From positions 246,929 to 310,928 of the forward strand of contig OZ220675.1 of NCBI GenBank assembly GCA_965116325.1: a stretch of 64,000 nucleotides of DNA. The letters are read 5' to 3'. Below are positions 8,549 through 18,504 of the stretch, piece by piece. The position numbers and the translations under genes are program-made. Position 1 is the first letter of the stretch. Each line of letters starts with the position of its first letter. The notes under the pieces are model-generated. The model saw nothing but the letters and a program-made list of their open reading frames with translations. It made no database searches and was not told the origin of the DNA. The stretch is from Dehalococcoidia bacterium. GTDB taxonomy: Bacteria > Chloroflexota > Dehalococcoidia > Lucifugimonadales > JAGWBF01.

Positions 8549-9313
8549 CTACTGGCGGGCGACCTCGGCGGTGATATTAGCGATCTCGGAGAACTCGTCG
8601 GCCCGCAAGCTGGAGCCTCCGCACAGGGAGCCGTGCACCCCTTCTATGGAAGCGAACTGGGCGGCGTTCTCGGCTGTCACGCTCCCGCCGTACAGCAGCG
8701 GGACCCCGGCGGCCGCGGCGTTGCCATAGGCCCGGGCCAAGCTCTCAAATATCGTGCCGGCAATTACCTCCCTGGCTATTTCCGGGGTTGCCGCCACACC
8801 GCTCCCTATGGCCCAGACCGGCTCGTAGGCCACCACAAGCTCACTTATGTCATCTATGCCTGACAGGCCAGCCCTCACCTGGGTGTCGATTACGGCCCCT
8901 GCTTTGCCCTGCCCCCGCTGCTCCAAGGTTTCTCCGACGCAAAGAATGGGCCTGATCCCTGCTGCCAGGGCGGCCTTAACCTTCAGGTTGATCATCTCGT
9001 TGGTCTCGCCGAAATACTGCCTTCTCTCCGAATGCCCCAGAATTACGAACCGGCAGATTCCCGACAACATGTGTGCCGACACCTCGCCCGTGTACGCCCC
9101 CTTCTCTTCATGGTGCATGTTCTGGGACCCTATGCTGATCAGGCTGCCTTCCATAAGCTTGCTAACTGCATGGAGGGAAACGAAGGGCGGGCAAAGAACG
9201 ACCTCTACCTGGGGCATAGGGTCCAGGGAGGCCCTGATACTCTTAGCGAGGGCTTGGGCCTCAGCGACCGAGGTGTGCATCTTCCAGTTTCCTACAACCA
9301 TGGGACGGGGCAT
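8549..9313 (-). CDS. tpiA: triosephosphate isomerase
   Basis: GNWKM, GHSERR, AYEPVWAIG and YGGSV motifs. Confidence 0.97.
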   Translation of the reverse strand: MPRPMVVGNWKMHTSVAEAQALAKSIRASLDPMPQVEVVLCPPFVSLHAVSKLMEGSLISIGSQNMHHEEKGAYTGEVSAHMLSGICRFVILGHSERRQYFGETNEMINLKVKAALAAGIRPILCVGETLEQRGQGKAGAVIDTQVRAGLSGIDDISELVVAYEPVWAIGSGVAATPEIAREVIAGTIFESLARAYGNAAAAGVPLLYGGSVTAENAAQFASIEGVHGSLCGGSSLRADEFSEIANITAEVARQ

Positions 9314-9352
9314 TACGTACCTCGAGGACCTGTCGGGCCGGTCCCGCCCGGC

Positions 9353-10558
9353 TTAGGCGCCGTACTTGGTCAGCTTGCCTGCGTGGGCCAGGGCCAGCAG
9401 CATTATCTGCGTGGCTGGGAACCTGCCAAGGCTGCCGGCCCGGCAGCTTCGTTCCGAGAACCCCTCCACACCTTCGCCAACCGTCCAGCGGGAGTGGAGG
9501 AGAAAGGGAACGGGATGCCAGCTGTGGGCAGCCATGATGGCCGGAGTTGCATGGTCACCGGCTACGATAAACACATCCGGCTTAAGCTGAAGGATCCTGG
9601 GGATGTGGGTGTCCAGCTCCTCCAGGGCTGCTACTTTCCCGGAGAAGCTGCCATCTTCCCCGGCAGCATCCGATGGCTTGTAATGAATGTAGAAATAATC
9701 GTTGCTTTCGTAGCGCTGGTAGAGGGTTTCAACCTCGTCGGAGAAGGTACGACCGGTGTCGACCACTTCCATTCCTGCGATTTTAGCAAGGCCTCGATAC
9801 ATGGGATAGGAAGCTATGGCGACGGGAGAGAGGTTGTAGGAATCTGCCATTGACGGAAGGTTCGGCGGCCCGGCGAAGCCCCGGAGAAGGACCATGTTTG
9901 CCAACTCTTCGTCCTTCAACGCCTCTCGTGCTTGGGTCACGAACCGGTTGGCTACCTGGGCTGTCTTTGAGCCATCGGGAGATATGGCAAGCACATCCAG
10001 GGGAGCCTCGCCAGTACGCTGGGGGTCAGTCTCGGTCACCTGGTCGCTCAGACCCTCGCCGCTCATGAGCAGTACGAACCTGTAGCCTTCCACCGGGTAC
10101 ACCCTAACGTCCGCACCTTCTACCGTGATCTGGTCGAGTCTTTGGCAGAGAGGTGCAGTCACCTCGGTTGGTATGCGACCAGCCCTGCGGTCCGACAAGA
10201 GTCCCTCGGAGTCGATGGTGCAGAAGTTCCCCCTGGCGGCCACCTGCCCCTGCTTGAGGTCTATGCCCACGCCGAGGGCTTCGAGGGCCCCTCTGCCTAT
10301 CTTGTATTTCAGGGGGTCATAGCCGAATAGGGCTAAGTGCCCGGGGCCGCTGCCGGGGGAGATGCCGGGAAGAACGGGCACGGTCACACCGCAGGAGCTT
10401 ACGCCGGCCAGCTTGTCCAGGTTGGGCGTGTGAGCGGTCTCCAGCTCGGACAAACGGGTATCGCCATTGGGCAGACCGCCCAATCCATCGGCCACCAGCA
10501 TGATGATCTTGGAAGGAGTGCTGATACTGCACTCATCCAGCACTTCCGCGCCGATCAT
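9353..10558 (-). CDS. apgM: 2,3-bisphosphoglycerate-independent phosphoglycerate mutase (archaeal type)
   Basis: ADGLG, GSGPGHLALFGY, D.AGEDG and GDHATP motifs. Confidence 0.93.
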   Translation of the reverse strand: MIGAEVLDECSISTPSKIIMLVADGLGGLPNGDTRLSELETAHTPNLDKLAGVSSCGVTVPVLPGISPGSGPGHLALFGYDPLKYKIGRGALEALGVGIDLKQGQVAARGNFCTIDSEGLLSDRRAGRIPTEVTAPLCQRLDQITVEGADVRVYPVEGYRFVLLMSGEGLSDQVTETDPQRTGEAPLDVLAISPDGSKTAQVANRFVTQAREALKDEELANMVLLRGFAGPPNLPSMADSYNLSPVAIASYPMYRGLAKIAGMEVVDTGRTFSDEVETLYQRYESNDYFYIHYKPSDAAGEDGSFSGKVAALEELDTHIPRILQLKPDVFIVAGDHATPAIMAAHSWHPVPFLLHSRWTVGEGVEGFSERSCRAGSLGRFPATQIMLLALAHAGKLTKYGA

Positions 10559-11766
10559 GGCTTTCCTTTCAGTTGAGCATCAGGTATGGCAGCGAGGCCG
10601 GGCAGGTCTTTCCCTTCCAGGAATTCGAGGGAGGCCCCACCCCCAGTGGATACGTGGGCCATATTCTCCTGCAAGCCCATCTCCTCCACAACCTCCGCTG
10701 TCGACCCGCCTCCAACGATGACAACTCCCCCGGAGCTTGCCAGGGCGGAGGCGATTGTCCGTGTTCCCTGGGAAAAGGCAGCATACTCGAATACGCCCAT
10801 AGGCCCGTTCCAAACTACCGTCTTGCACTCCTCCAGACTACCGGAAAAGGCTTCGGTGGTAGCTGGCCCGATGTCCATAACATGCCAGTTATCGGGCACT
10901 CGGTCAACGGGCACCGTCTTCACATCTTGAGCATCCGCTCCAAACTTGTCCGACACCACCACGTCTGTAGGAAAATTCACGTGAATGCCGCGGCTTCCAG
11001 CCTTCTCCAGTATGCTCTGGGCAAACCCGACATCCTCTTCTTCGGCTCGGGAAGCCCCGGTACCATACCCTTGGGCTTGAAGAAAGGCATTGGACATTCC
11101 CCCGCCTATGAACAGTCGGTCCACCCTGGTCAGGAGATTGTCCAATACCCTTATCTTGTCCTCGACCTTTGCTCCACCGAGCAGGGCGGCCAAGGGTCGG
11201 TCGGGGCTGCCCAGTACCTTGCCGAGCATCTCCACCTCCCGCTGCATCAGCTTTCCTGCGGCGGTGGGCAGGAGCTGGGGTACTCCCACGGTTGAGGCGT
11301 GGGCCCTGTGGGCGACGGCGAAGGCATCCATCACAAAGATGTCGGCCAAACTGGCAAGACTTTGGGAGTAATCCGGGTCGTTTGCCTCTTCGCCAGGGTG
11401 AAAACGGAGGTTCTCCAGCAGAAGAACATCGCCGCTGCTCATGGACGATACGGCATCTTCCACTGCGGGGCCGATGGAGTCATCGAGGCAAACGACATCC
11501 ACACCCATGAGAATGGATAGCTGCTCGCCCACTGGAGCCATCCGCAAACCTTCCACCACCTTGCCCTTGGGCCTGCCCAGGTGGGAGCAGATGATAGTGC
11601 GAGCCCCCTCTTTTATCAGATGTTCGATGGTAGGCATCGATGCTTTCAGGCGGTGGGTGTAGTGGGCCAGTCCATCAATTCCCTGTTCGATTGGCACATT
11701 GAAATCTACCCGTACAAGAACGAGGGTACCGGCTACATTCACGTCGTCCAACCCTCGCTTCGACAA
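10555..11766 (-). CDS. pgk: phosphoglycerate kinase
   Basis: RVDFNVP, SHLGRP, WNGPMGVFE and STGGGASLEFLEG motifs. Confidence 0.97.
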   Translation of the reverse strand: MSKRGLDDVNVAGTLVLVRVDFNVPIEQGIDGLAHYTHRLKASMPTIEHLIKEGARTIICSHLGRPKGKVVEGLRMAPVGEQLSILMGVDVVCLDDSIGPAVEDAVSSMSSGDVLLLENLRFHPGEEANDPDYSQSLASLADIFVMDAFAVAHRAHASTVGVPQLLPTAAGKLMQREVEMLGKVLGSPDRPLAALLGGAKVEDKIRVLDNLLTRVDRLFIGGGMSNAFLQAQGYGTGASRAEEEDVGFAQSILEKAGSRGIHVNFPTDVVVSDKFGADAQDVKTVPVDRVPDNWHVMDIGPATTEAFSGSLEECKTVVWNGPMGVFEYAAFSQGTRTIASALASSGGVVIVGGGSTAEVVEEMGLQENMAHVSTGGGASLEFLEGKDLPGLAAIPDAQLKGKP

Positions 11767-11768
11767 CG

Positions 11769-12791
11769 CTAGATGGCCTCCAACGTTATGTAATGGGCGA
11801 CATTCTGCACAGCTTGAAAGTCTCCATGGAGCGGCAGATTTGCCAAGTGAGTATCGGCCTGTTTACGGTGTTCTGCCGCAATCTCCAGGGACTGCTTGCG
11901 AGCGTCGACGCTCTCTAGTACTTCCAGGGCCTTGGTAATGTCGTTGGGTTCCAGCACCCGCTTCCTGTAGATGCCGTCCAACTCCCGGCTTGCGGAAGCG
12001 TCCCCGTTCTCCACGACATGGACTACGGGGAAAAGTTTCTTCTTCCCAAGCAAGCTGTCCGAATTCTCGCCGTTACCGTGCCTAGGCCACAGCATATCAA
12101 TGTCCTGGGCAATATGCGCCGCCACACCAAGGCTGCGACCGAACTCCCGGAAGGCGTCGATGGTCCGGGGGTCCCCGCCGGCCGCCACAGCCCCCAATGC
12201 GGCTGCGCACGACACTATGGAGCCGGTCTTGGAGGACGCCATCTTGAGGTACTGGGCTGTGCTCACGTTGGCCCGGTCCCGCAGACACAGGTCCAGGTGC
12301 TGCCCTTCGCACATCTCCAGGCAGCTTTGGTCCAGCAGGCGCAGCCCATCGATGGTGCTCTCGACGGGGAGGCCTCGGTCAGTCAGGTCCATGAGAGCCA
12401 GGCGGGCAAGGGCATGCATGCCATCTCCGGCGTTAATCGCCTGTCCGGGACCCCAGGTCCACCACACTGACGGCCTTCCACCCCTTTGAGGACTCCCGGA
12501 TTGCACATCTTCGTGAATGTGGATGAAACCATCGACAAGCGCCATGCAAGATGCCGAAGGCAGCGCCTGCTCGAAGGAGCCGGTGAGGCTGGAGCACACG
12601 GCTAGGGGAAGATAGGCGACGACTTGCGCTTCAGGGGAGGTTGTTGCAGGGGAGCCACCTTCGTCAGCCCAGCCAAGCTGGTAGGCGAGCACCTGGTATA
12701 GGATTCCCTCTTTCCCCTCCACGCTGCGGCGGAGCTCGGCTTGAAGGGCTGTTCCATACTCTCGCAGGGCGGTGTTGGATGTCGATGACAT
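11769..12791 (-). CDS. polyprenyl synthetase family protein with degenerate Asp-rich motifs
   Basis: Prenyltransferase hallmarks are present (AINAGD, EGQHLD, KTG). FARM reads HEDVQS and SARM reads AQDIDM. Confidence 0.85.
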   Translation of the reverse strand: MSSTSNTALREYGTALQAELRRSVEGKEGILYQVLAYQLGWADEGGSPATTSPEAQVVAYLPLAVCSSLTGSFEQALPSASCMALVDGFIHIHEDVQSGSPQRGGRPSVWWTWGPGQAINAGDGMHALARLALMDLTDRGLPVESTIDGLRLLDQSCLEMCEGQHLDLCLRDRANVSTAQYLKMASSKTGSIVSCAAALGAVAAGGDPRTIDAFREFGRSLGVAAHIAQDIDMLWPRHGNGENSDSLLGKKKLFPVVHVVENGDASASRELDGIYRKRVLEPNDITKALEVLESVDARKQSLEIAAEHRKQADTHLANLPLHGDFQAVQNVAHYITLEAI

Positions 12792-12836
12792 TCGGTCTCC
12801 GAACGCGGAAAACTTACCTGGCGATGTCGGGCAGGA

Positions 12837-13469
12837 CTATCCGGATGGCACTAGTGACAGGTTGCACAGGGACTGGATGCTTGAAATGTCCACATCGCCG
12901 GCCCGAACAAGGGTGGGAAGCTCTGTGGTGAGATCAAGCACTGTGGATGCGGTCCCCGAGGGTGCAGGCCCCTCTTCTACGACGTGGTCCACACGGCTGC
13001 CTAGTGCCTGCCTTACCTCCTGCCAGGAAGAAGGGTTGTCACCCCCGCTGATGTTAGCGCTGGTGCCTGTAACGGGGCCTCCAAAGCCTTCGATCATCGC
13101 CAGCGCAACGGGGTGGTTGGGCATCCTGATGCCCAAGGTGTCCCGTCCTCCGCTGACCAGGTCGGGTACATCCTTGGAGCGGTTGAGGATGATAGTGAGG
13201 GCCCCCGGCCAGAAACGGTCTGCCAGCTCGAATGCAAGGTCAGGCACTTCGATGGCTACCTTGGGGAGGTCGTTGGGGGAGGCGATCAGGACCGGCATTG
13301 GCATACCTGCGGGCCTCGCCTTGATGGCGAAGACCCGCTCGACAGCAGGGGTGCAAAAGACGTCGGCGCCCAGTCCGTACAGGGTATCAGTGGGGAAAGC
13401 CACCACGCCTCCGGAGCGTAGGACCTGGACGGCCTTTTCCGTTCCCCGGGAACCAGCAGCTTCCATCAC
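12837..13469 (-). CDS. tsaC: L-threonylcarbamoyladenylate synthase (Sua5/YrdC)
   Basis: FPTDTLYGL, FWPGALT and TSANISG motifs. Confidence 0.95.
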   Translation of the reverse strand: MMEAAGSRGTEKAVQVLRSGGVVAFPTDTLYGLGADVFCTPAVERVFAIKARPAGMPMPVLIASPNDLPKVAIEVPDLAFELADRFWPGALTIILNRSKDVPDLVSGGRDTLGIRMPNHPVALAMIEGFGGPVTGTSANISGGDNPSSWQEVRQALGSRVDHVVEEGPAPSGTASTVLDLTTELPTLVRAGDVDISSIQSLCNLSLVPSG

Positions 13470-13512
13470 CAGACTTGCCGTTGACCCCTTTCAGCCTAGG
13501 AGATTGGTGTCC

Positions 13513-13541
13513 TTGACCGAGTATAGCACAGGTGCTAAGCT
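13513..13541 (+). promoter_or_regulatory. sigma70-type promoter for guaA/pur, overlapping a divergent extended -10 (TGCTATACT on the minus strand)
   Basis: TTGACC-N17-TAAGCT with TG extension. Confidence 0.6.
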
Positions 13542-13574
13542 TGGGTCGAACCTTCAGGCGGAGGTTGGGCGAGC

Positions 13575-15245
13575 GTGACGGAAGGCAGCAACTCTTCCCC
13601 CAGTCGGCGCATTTCTACCACGGGCGATGTCGAGGTTTCCACATATCTTGGGATCGCCAGCGCACAAAAGGGCCCCGAGTCAACTACTGAACAGCTATCC
13701 GGTTCCATCGATGAAGGCGTCCTGATCGTCGATTTCGGTTCCCAGTACAGCCGGCTCATCGCACGGCGGGTCAGGGAACTGAAGGTGTATTGCGAGATCG
13801 TAGCCCCCGATGCGTCCTGGGATCAGGTCAGCCACACCAACCCAAGGGGGGTGATCCTCTCAGGAGGCCCTGCTAGCGTCTATGACGATGAAGCCCCACT
13901 GGCCCCTGCCTGGGTGTACGAGCGCAACATTCCGGTGCTGGGCATCTGCTACGGCATGCAAGTGCTGGCCCATCAGCTGGGAGGCCGGGTGGTGCCGGGA
14001 CAGAGGCGGGAGTACGGCCACGCCGTGCTGTACCAGAACATCTCCGACTCGGTGATCTTTGCAGACCTGCCTTCCGCCCTGCCGGTCTGGATGAGCCACG
14101 GAGACCAGATAGAGCAACTTCCTCCCGGATTTGCGGCGCTGGGCTACACCGACAACTCTCCGATAGCGGTGATGGGCAACGACAGCAAGATTTTCGGCCT
14201 GCAGTTCCATCCCGAGGTGGTTCATACCGAGCAAGGGAAGGCCTTCCTCGAAAACTTTCTGTACCGGGTGTGCGGATGCAGGCAGACATGGACCTCCTCC
14301 AACTTCGTCAAGCGAACTGTCGATTCCATAGCTGAACAAGTTGGTGACGGCAAGGTCATCTGCGCCCTGTCGGGCGGAGTGGACTCCACCGTCACCGCCA
14401 CCCTGGTGCACGAGGCTGTGGGGAACCAGCTTACCTGCATCTTCGTCAACAATGGCCTACTGCGAAGGGAAGAGCCTGAGAGAGTGCTGGGCATCCTGGG
14501 CAGGAACCTAAAGCTGAACCTGGTCCACGTGGATGCCGAAGACCGGTTCCTGGGGCGTCTGACCGGTGTCGTCGATCCTGAAGAGAAACGAAAGCGGGTG
14601 GGGGAAGAGTTCATCAGGGTGTTTGAGGAAGCGGCCTCGGAGCTGGAGGGCACCGAGTTCCTTGCCCAAGGTACCCTTTACCCCGACGTGATCGAAAGCA
14701 GGACGGCCGAAAACAAAGCGGCCTCTAGGATCAAGACCCACCACAACGTCGGCGGCCTGCCGGCGAACATGAGGCTGAGCCTTGTCGAACCCTTGAGATA
14801 CCTGTTTAAGGACGAAGTGCGGGATGTGGGCTTGGCCCTGGGGCTGCCTCCGGAGATGGTCAACCGGCAACCCTTCCCCGGACCAGGGCTGGCCATAAGG
14901 ATCATCGGTGATGTGACCAGGGAGAAACTGGATATCCTAAGGGCATGCGATTGGATCGTCATGGATGAGATCAAGGGAGCTAACCTTTACGACCAGCTTT
15001 GGCAGAGTTTCGCTGTCCTCACCGATAGTCGCAGCGTGGGTGTTATGGGGGACTTCCGCACCTATAGACATGTGGTGGCCATCCGTGCGGTAAATAGCGA
15101 GGATGCCATGACGGCCGACTGGGTGCGTCTGCCCTATGACGTGCTGGCCAAGATCTCCAACCGCATCGTCAACGAAGTCCCCGAGGTGAACCGGGTGGTG
15201 TACGACATCACCGCCAAACCCCCCGGTACCATTGAGTGGGAGTAA
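13575..15245 (+). CDS. guaA: GMP synthase (glutamine-hydrolysing); start may lie further downstream
   Basis: DFGSQY, GICYGMQ, QFHPEV, SGGVDS, IKTHHNVGG and KPPGTIEWE motifs. Confidence 0.97.
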   Translation: MTEGSNSSPSRRISTTGDVEVSTYLGIASAQKGPESTTEQLSGSIDEGVLIVDFGSQYSRLIARRVRELKVYCEIVAPDASWDQVSHTNPRGVILSGGPASVYDDEAPLAPAWVYERNIPVLGICYGMQVLAHQLGGRVVPGQRREYGHAVLYQNISDSVIFADLPSALPVWMSHGDQIEQLPPGFAALGYTDNSPIAVMGNDSKIFGLQFHPEVVHTEQGKAFLENFLYRVCGCRQTWTSSNFVKRTVDSIAEQVGDGKVICALSGGVDSTVTATLVHEAVGNQLTCIFVNNGLLRREEPERVLGILGRNLKLNLVHVDAEDRFLGRLTGVVDPEEKRKRVGEEFIRVFEEAASELEGTEFLAQGTLYPDVIESRTAENKAASRIKTHHNVGGLPANMRLSLVEPLRYLFKDEVRDVGLALGLPPEMVNRQPFPGPGLAIRIIGDVTREKLDILRACDWIVMDEIKGANLYDQLWQSFAVLTDSRSVGVMGDFRTYRHVVAIRAVNSEDAMTADWVRLPYDVLAKISNRIVNEVPEVNRVVYDITAKPPGTIEWE

Positions 15246-15345
15246 TTCCGGCGATTTCCCTGACAGCCCACTTCGAACTTGGTGAACCCCGTTCCGTTGG
15301 CCTCGTCCCCGGAGGCTATCCCTTTTCAACCCGGAGAGCGGCCCG

Positions 15346-16629
15346 ATGAAGGTGATGGTGATAGGTTCAGGGGCGCGGGAGCATGCCCTGGTATGGAAGC
15401 TGAAGGCCGGTGCCGGCGTTGACTCCATTATCACGGTGCCCGGAAACGGCGGCACTTCCTACCTAAGCACCAACGTTCCCGCCAATCTATCTGACTTACA
15501 GGGCCTGGCTGATATTGCCCGCCGGCATAGAGTCGATTTCACAATCGTGGGGCCGGACAATCCCCTGGCAGACGGTGTAGTCGATATTTTCCAAGGGCAT
15601 GACTTGCCTGTCTTCGGCCCCACCCGCTCTGCAGCCCGCATCGAGTGGAGCAAGTCCTTCGCAGGAAAGCTGATGGAGGAAAACAACATTCCCCACCCCG
15701 AACGCAGGGTCTTTGACGGGTATGCCGATGCCCGATCTTATGTAGATAAGCATAGCGGGCCCATCGTCGTGAAAGCTGATGGGTTGGCCCTGGGCAAGGG
15801 TGTCTTTATGTGCAGGGACCGGGAAGAAGCCCTCGATGCCCTGGACCAGTGCATGGTAACCAGGAGCTTCGGCACTGCCGGAGACAAGGTCCTTCTGGAA
15901 GAGTACCTGGAAGGACAGGAAGTCAGCGTTTTCGCCTTCTCCGACGGGAAAAACATCTCCCCCCTGATGGCAGCATGTGACCACAAACGCATTCATGACG
16001 GCGACAAAGGGCCGAACACGGGAGGCATGGGGAGCTATGCCGTCCCCCACTTCTGGACGTCCGAGCTCGAGGAGGAAGTTGAAGACTCGATCATGGTGCC
16101 AACCATTAACGCCTTGGCCGAGCTCGGCACACCATTCAAGGGTATGCTCTATGCGGGCCTCATGATCACATCTGCCGGCCCCCGAGTTCTGGAGTTCAAC
16201 TCCCGGTTCGGGGACCCCGAGGCCCAGGTGATCCTTCCCCTGCTGGAGACGGACTTGCTGGAGGCAGCAATGGCATGTGCCGAGGGTACCCTCGACAGTG
16301 TTGACGTCAGGTGGCGGAGGGGAAGCTGCGTTGGCGTGGTCCTTGCCTCACCTGGCTATCCAGGCGAGTATCCCACGGGGTATGAGATAGACGGACTTGC
16401 CGAGCTGGACGAGGATGTTATGGCCTTTCACGCGGGGACCAGGCTGGAAAGCAGCCCGAGCAAGGATGTGCTGGTCACCAGCGGGGGCCGGGTGATGACC
16501 ATCGTGGCAGAAGGAACCAGTCTCGAGGAAGCCCGAATCAAGGCGTACGACAATGTCCGCAAGGTAAGCTTCCCCGGTGTACAGTATCGAAGGGACATCG
16601 CCATTCCAGGCGTCTCCGCGGTGCGATGA
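15346..16629 (+). CDS. purD: phosphoribosylamine-glycine ligase
   Basis: GSGAREHAL, KADGLA, GPNTGGMG and EFNSRFGDPE motifs. Confidence 0.97.
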   Translation: MKVMVIGSGAREHALVWKLKAGAGVDSIITVPGNGGTSYLSTNVPANLSDLQGLADIARRHRVDFTIVGPDNPLADGVVDIFQGHDLPVFGPTRSAARIEWSKSFAGKLMEENNIPHPERRVFDGYADARSYVDKHSGPIVVKADGLALGKGVFMCRDREEALDALDQCMVTRSFGTAGDKVLLEEYLEGQEVSVFAFSDGKNISPLMAACDHKRIHDGDKGPNTGGMGSYAVPHFWTSELEEEVEDSIMVPTINALAELGTPFKGMLYAGLMITSAGPRVLEFNSRFGDPEAQVILPLLETDLLEAAMACAEGTLDSVDVRWRRGSCVGVVLASPGYPGEYPTGYEIDGLAELDEDVMAFHAGTRLESSPSKDVLVTSGGRVMTIVAEGTSLEEARIKAYDNVRKVSFPGVQYRRDIAIPGVSAVR

Positions 16630-17300
16630 CGGACGTTTCCAGATCCACCAAGGTTCAGGCTGGCCGCGTCTCTTTTCGAAAGGGAATTCTTTCTATACCA
16701 AGGGCAATGGATGCCTATCGTGCCCAGCTCCCATTCATGTCCCCAAAGGAGCGTTGGGACCGGATCGAGCAGTTCCAGGGCTGGCTCCAGCAAAGTGCCC
16801 TGCCGCACCTGACCCTGGAGCAGGCACAGGCCCTGTATTCTGCCTCCGGTGGGCGCAAAGGGAAGGAGTTCAGGGCCAACTCCCTAGAGGAAATCCGGGA
16901 CTCTATCGACTTCCTGCTGTACGACCCTCTCAGCCTCGACGGGCGCTTCTCAGAATGTGTAGACGCCGAAGGAGCCTACACGCTGAAGGGATGCGGGAAA
17001 AGCTTTGTCTCATACCTGCTTTGCATACGCTACCCCCAGCTGTTCGGGCACTGGTCGGCCTATTCCGACAGGGCCTTATCCATTCTGGGCATGGGACGTC
17101 CTAAGGCGCGCAAGATGGCCCAGGGGCAAGGTACAACTTACGTCCAGTACCTTGACCTGCTCTGGTCGGTGCGGAAGGCTGCAGGAATGCCAGATTTCCC
17201 GGCGCTGGCCCGGTTCCTGTGGTGGCTGGCTAAAGAAGGGAAGGCTGGTAATCTATCGGGCAATGGACGGGACCCGGAAACCAAGCTAAATACAATTTAG
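16626..17300 (+). CDS. hypothetical protein, possible HhH-like helical DNA-binding domain
   Basis: ATGA overlap with purD; motif LKGCGKSFVSYLLCIRYPQLFGHW...RFLWW. Confidence 0.7.
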   Translation: MTDVSRSTKVQAGRVSFRKGILSIPRAMDAYRAQLPFMSPKERWDRIEQFQGWLQQSALPHLTLEQAQALYSASGGRKGKEFRANSLEEIRDSIDFLLYDPLSLDGRFSECVDAEGAYTLKGCGKSFVSYLLCIRYPQLFGHWSAYSDRALSILGMGRPKARKMAQGQGTTYVQYLDLLWSVRKAAGMPDFPALARFLWWLAKEGKAGNLSGNGRDPETKLNTI

Positions 17301-17312
17301 GAGGAACCCCCG

Positions 17313-17771
17313 GTGGCATTGGTAAGTGTGGTTATGGGAAGCGCATCGGACGAGGCGGTGGTCGGACAATCGGCCGCTGTGCTGGAACAGATGGGAATCG
17401 ACTACGAGGTAAAGGTGATGTCGGCCCATCGCACGCCGGAGCAGGTGCGCCAGTATGCTAAGGAAGCCCGCGACAGGGGCACGGAGGTGTTCATCGCCGC
17501 AGCCGGAGGCTCTGCCGGACTGCCGGGGGTAATCGCATCCTGGACGACGCTGCCGGTGATCGGTGTACCGCTGGCGAGCAGCGATCTCAACGGGCTGGAT
17601 GCCCTAATGGCCATCGCCCAGATGCCCCCGGGTATACCTGTCGCATGCGTAGCTGTGGGTAGCTGGGGCGCCCGCAATGCCGCCTTCCTGGCAGCGCAGA
17701 TTTTGGGCCTCAAGTATGATACGATAAGACAGGCTTATGACCAGTACAGGGACAAACTACAGCAAGGTTAA
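17313..17771 (+). CDS. purE: N5-CAIR mutase
   Basis: VMGSASD, SAHRTP and PVIGVP motifs; GGAGG RBS. Confidence 0.96.
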   Translation: MALVSVVMGSASDEAVVGQSAAVLEQMGIDYEVKVMSAHRTPEQVRQYAKEARDRGTEVFIAAAGGSAGLPGVIASWTTLPVIGVPLASSDLNGLDALMAIAQMPPGIPVACVAVGSWGARNAAFLAAQILGLKYDTIRQAYDQYRDKLQQG

Positions 17772-18504
17772 CCCCCCTCCCGCACAGGCTGCCAGTGAAG
17801 GGCGGACGCCCCAACCAACCAATCCAATAGCTGTCATCTCCGACTTCGATGACACCATCGCAATCGAGAACGTAGCAGAGCTCCTTTTCGAAGAGCTCTG
17901 TACCGATCCGCGATGGCGAGAGCTCAGGCAGCAGTCCCGGGACAAGGTGATTTCCTTAAGGGAGTACCAAGAGCAGGCCTTCCGCATGACCGGCGCCAGT
18001 CGCGATGCGATACAGGCAAAGGTCAAGGAGAAGGCAACCCTTCGTACCTACTTCAGGGAGCTGTGGGACTACACCCAAGAGGCCGGTATCCCCCTGGCAA
18101 TCGTCAGCCTTGGCATGGACTTCTACATAGAAGCCCTCCTGGCAAGAGAAGGATTGGGTAGCATCCCCCGGCACTCGGCCTCCGCCGATTTTTCCAACGG
18201 GACCATCTCATTCAATTATCCGTATCCCTGGGATGGCTCCGGAGCTTCAACCTTCGAAGTGTGCAGACAGTGGGGCACCTGCAAGTGCAGCATACTGAAC
18301 AGCTATATCCAGAAGGGCTATGCAATCTATTATGTCGGTGATGGCAGGTCCGACATGTGCCCTGCGTCCATGGCAGACCATATATTTGCTCGCAGCTACC
18401 TCGCTGAGCTTTGCGAGGAAAAGGGGCTGTCCTACACCCCCTTCGAGACTTTCATGGATGTGATCGAAGGGATCAAGGCCAGAGCAGGGGTTGAAGCTTC
18501 ATGA
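17737..18504 (+). CDS. HAD-superfamily phosphatase, MtnX-like (start uncertain)
   Basis: SDFDDTI (motif I), VSLG, K and YVGDGRSDMCPA motifs. Confidence 0.85.
   Translation: MTSTGTNYSKVNPPPAQAASEGRTPQPTNPIAVISDFDDTIAIENVAELLFEELCTDPRWRELRQQSRDKVISLREYQEQAFRMTGASRDAIQAKVKEKATLRTYFRELWDYTQEAGIPLAIVSLGMDFYIEALLAREGLGSIPRHSASADFSNGTISFNYPYPWDGSGASTFEVCRQWGTCKCSILNSYIQKGYAIYYVGDGRSDMCPASMADHIFARSYLAELCEEKGLSYTPFETFMDVIEGIKARAGVEAS

Noticed and set aside
13575-13710. About 45-aa N-terminal extension on GuaA
   Set aside because: The start codon is uncertain and the extension has no recognisable motif; it cannot be supported as a separate domain.
13542-15345. Purine or ZTP riboswitch upstream of guaA or purD
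   Set aside because: The leaders are short and lack the conserved aptamer motifs.
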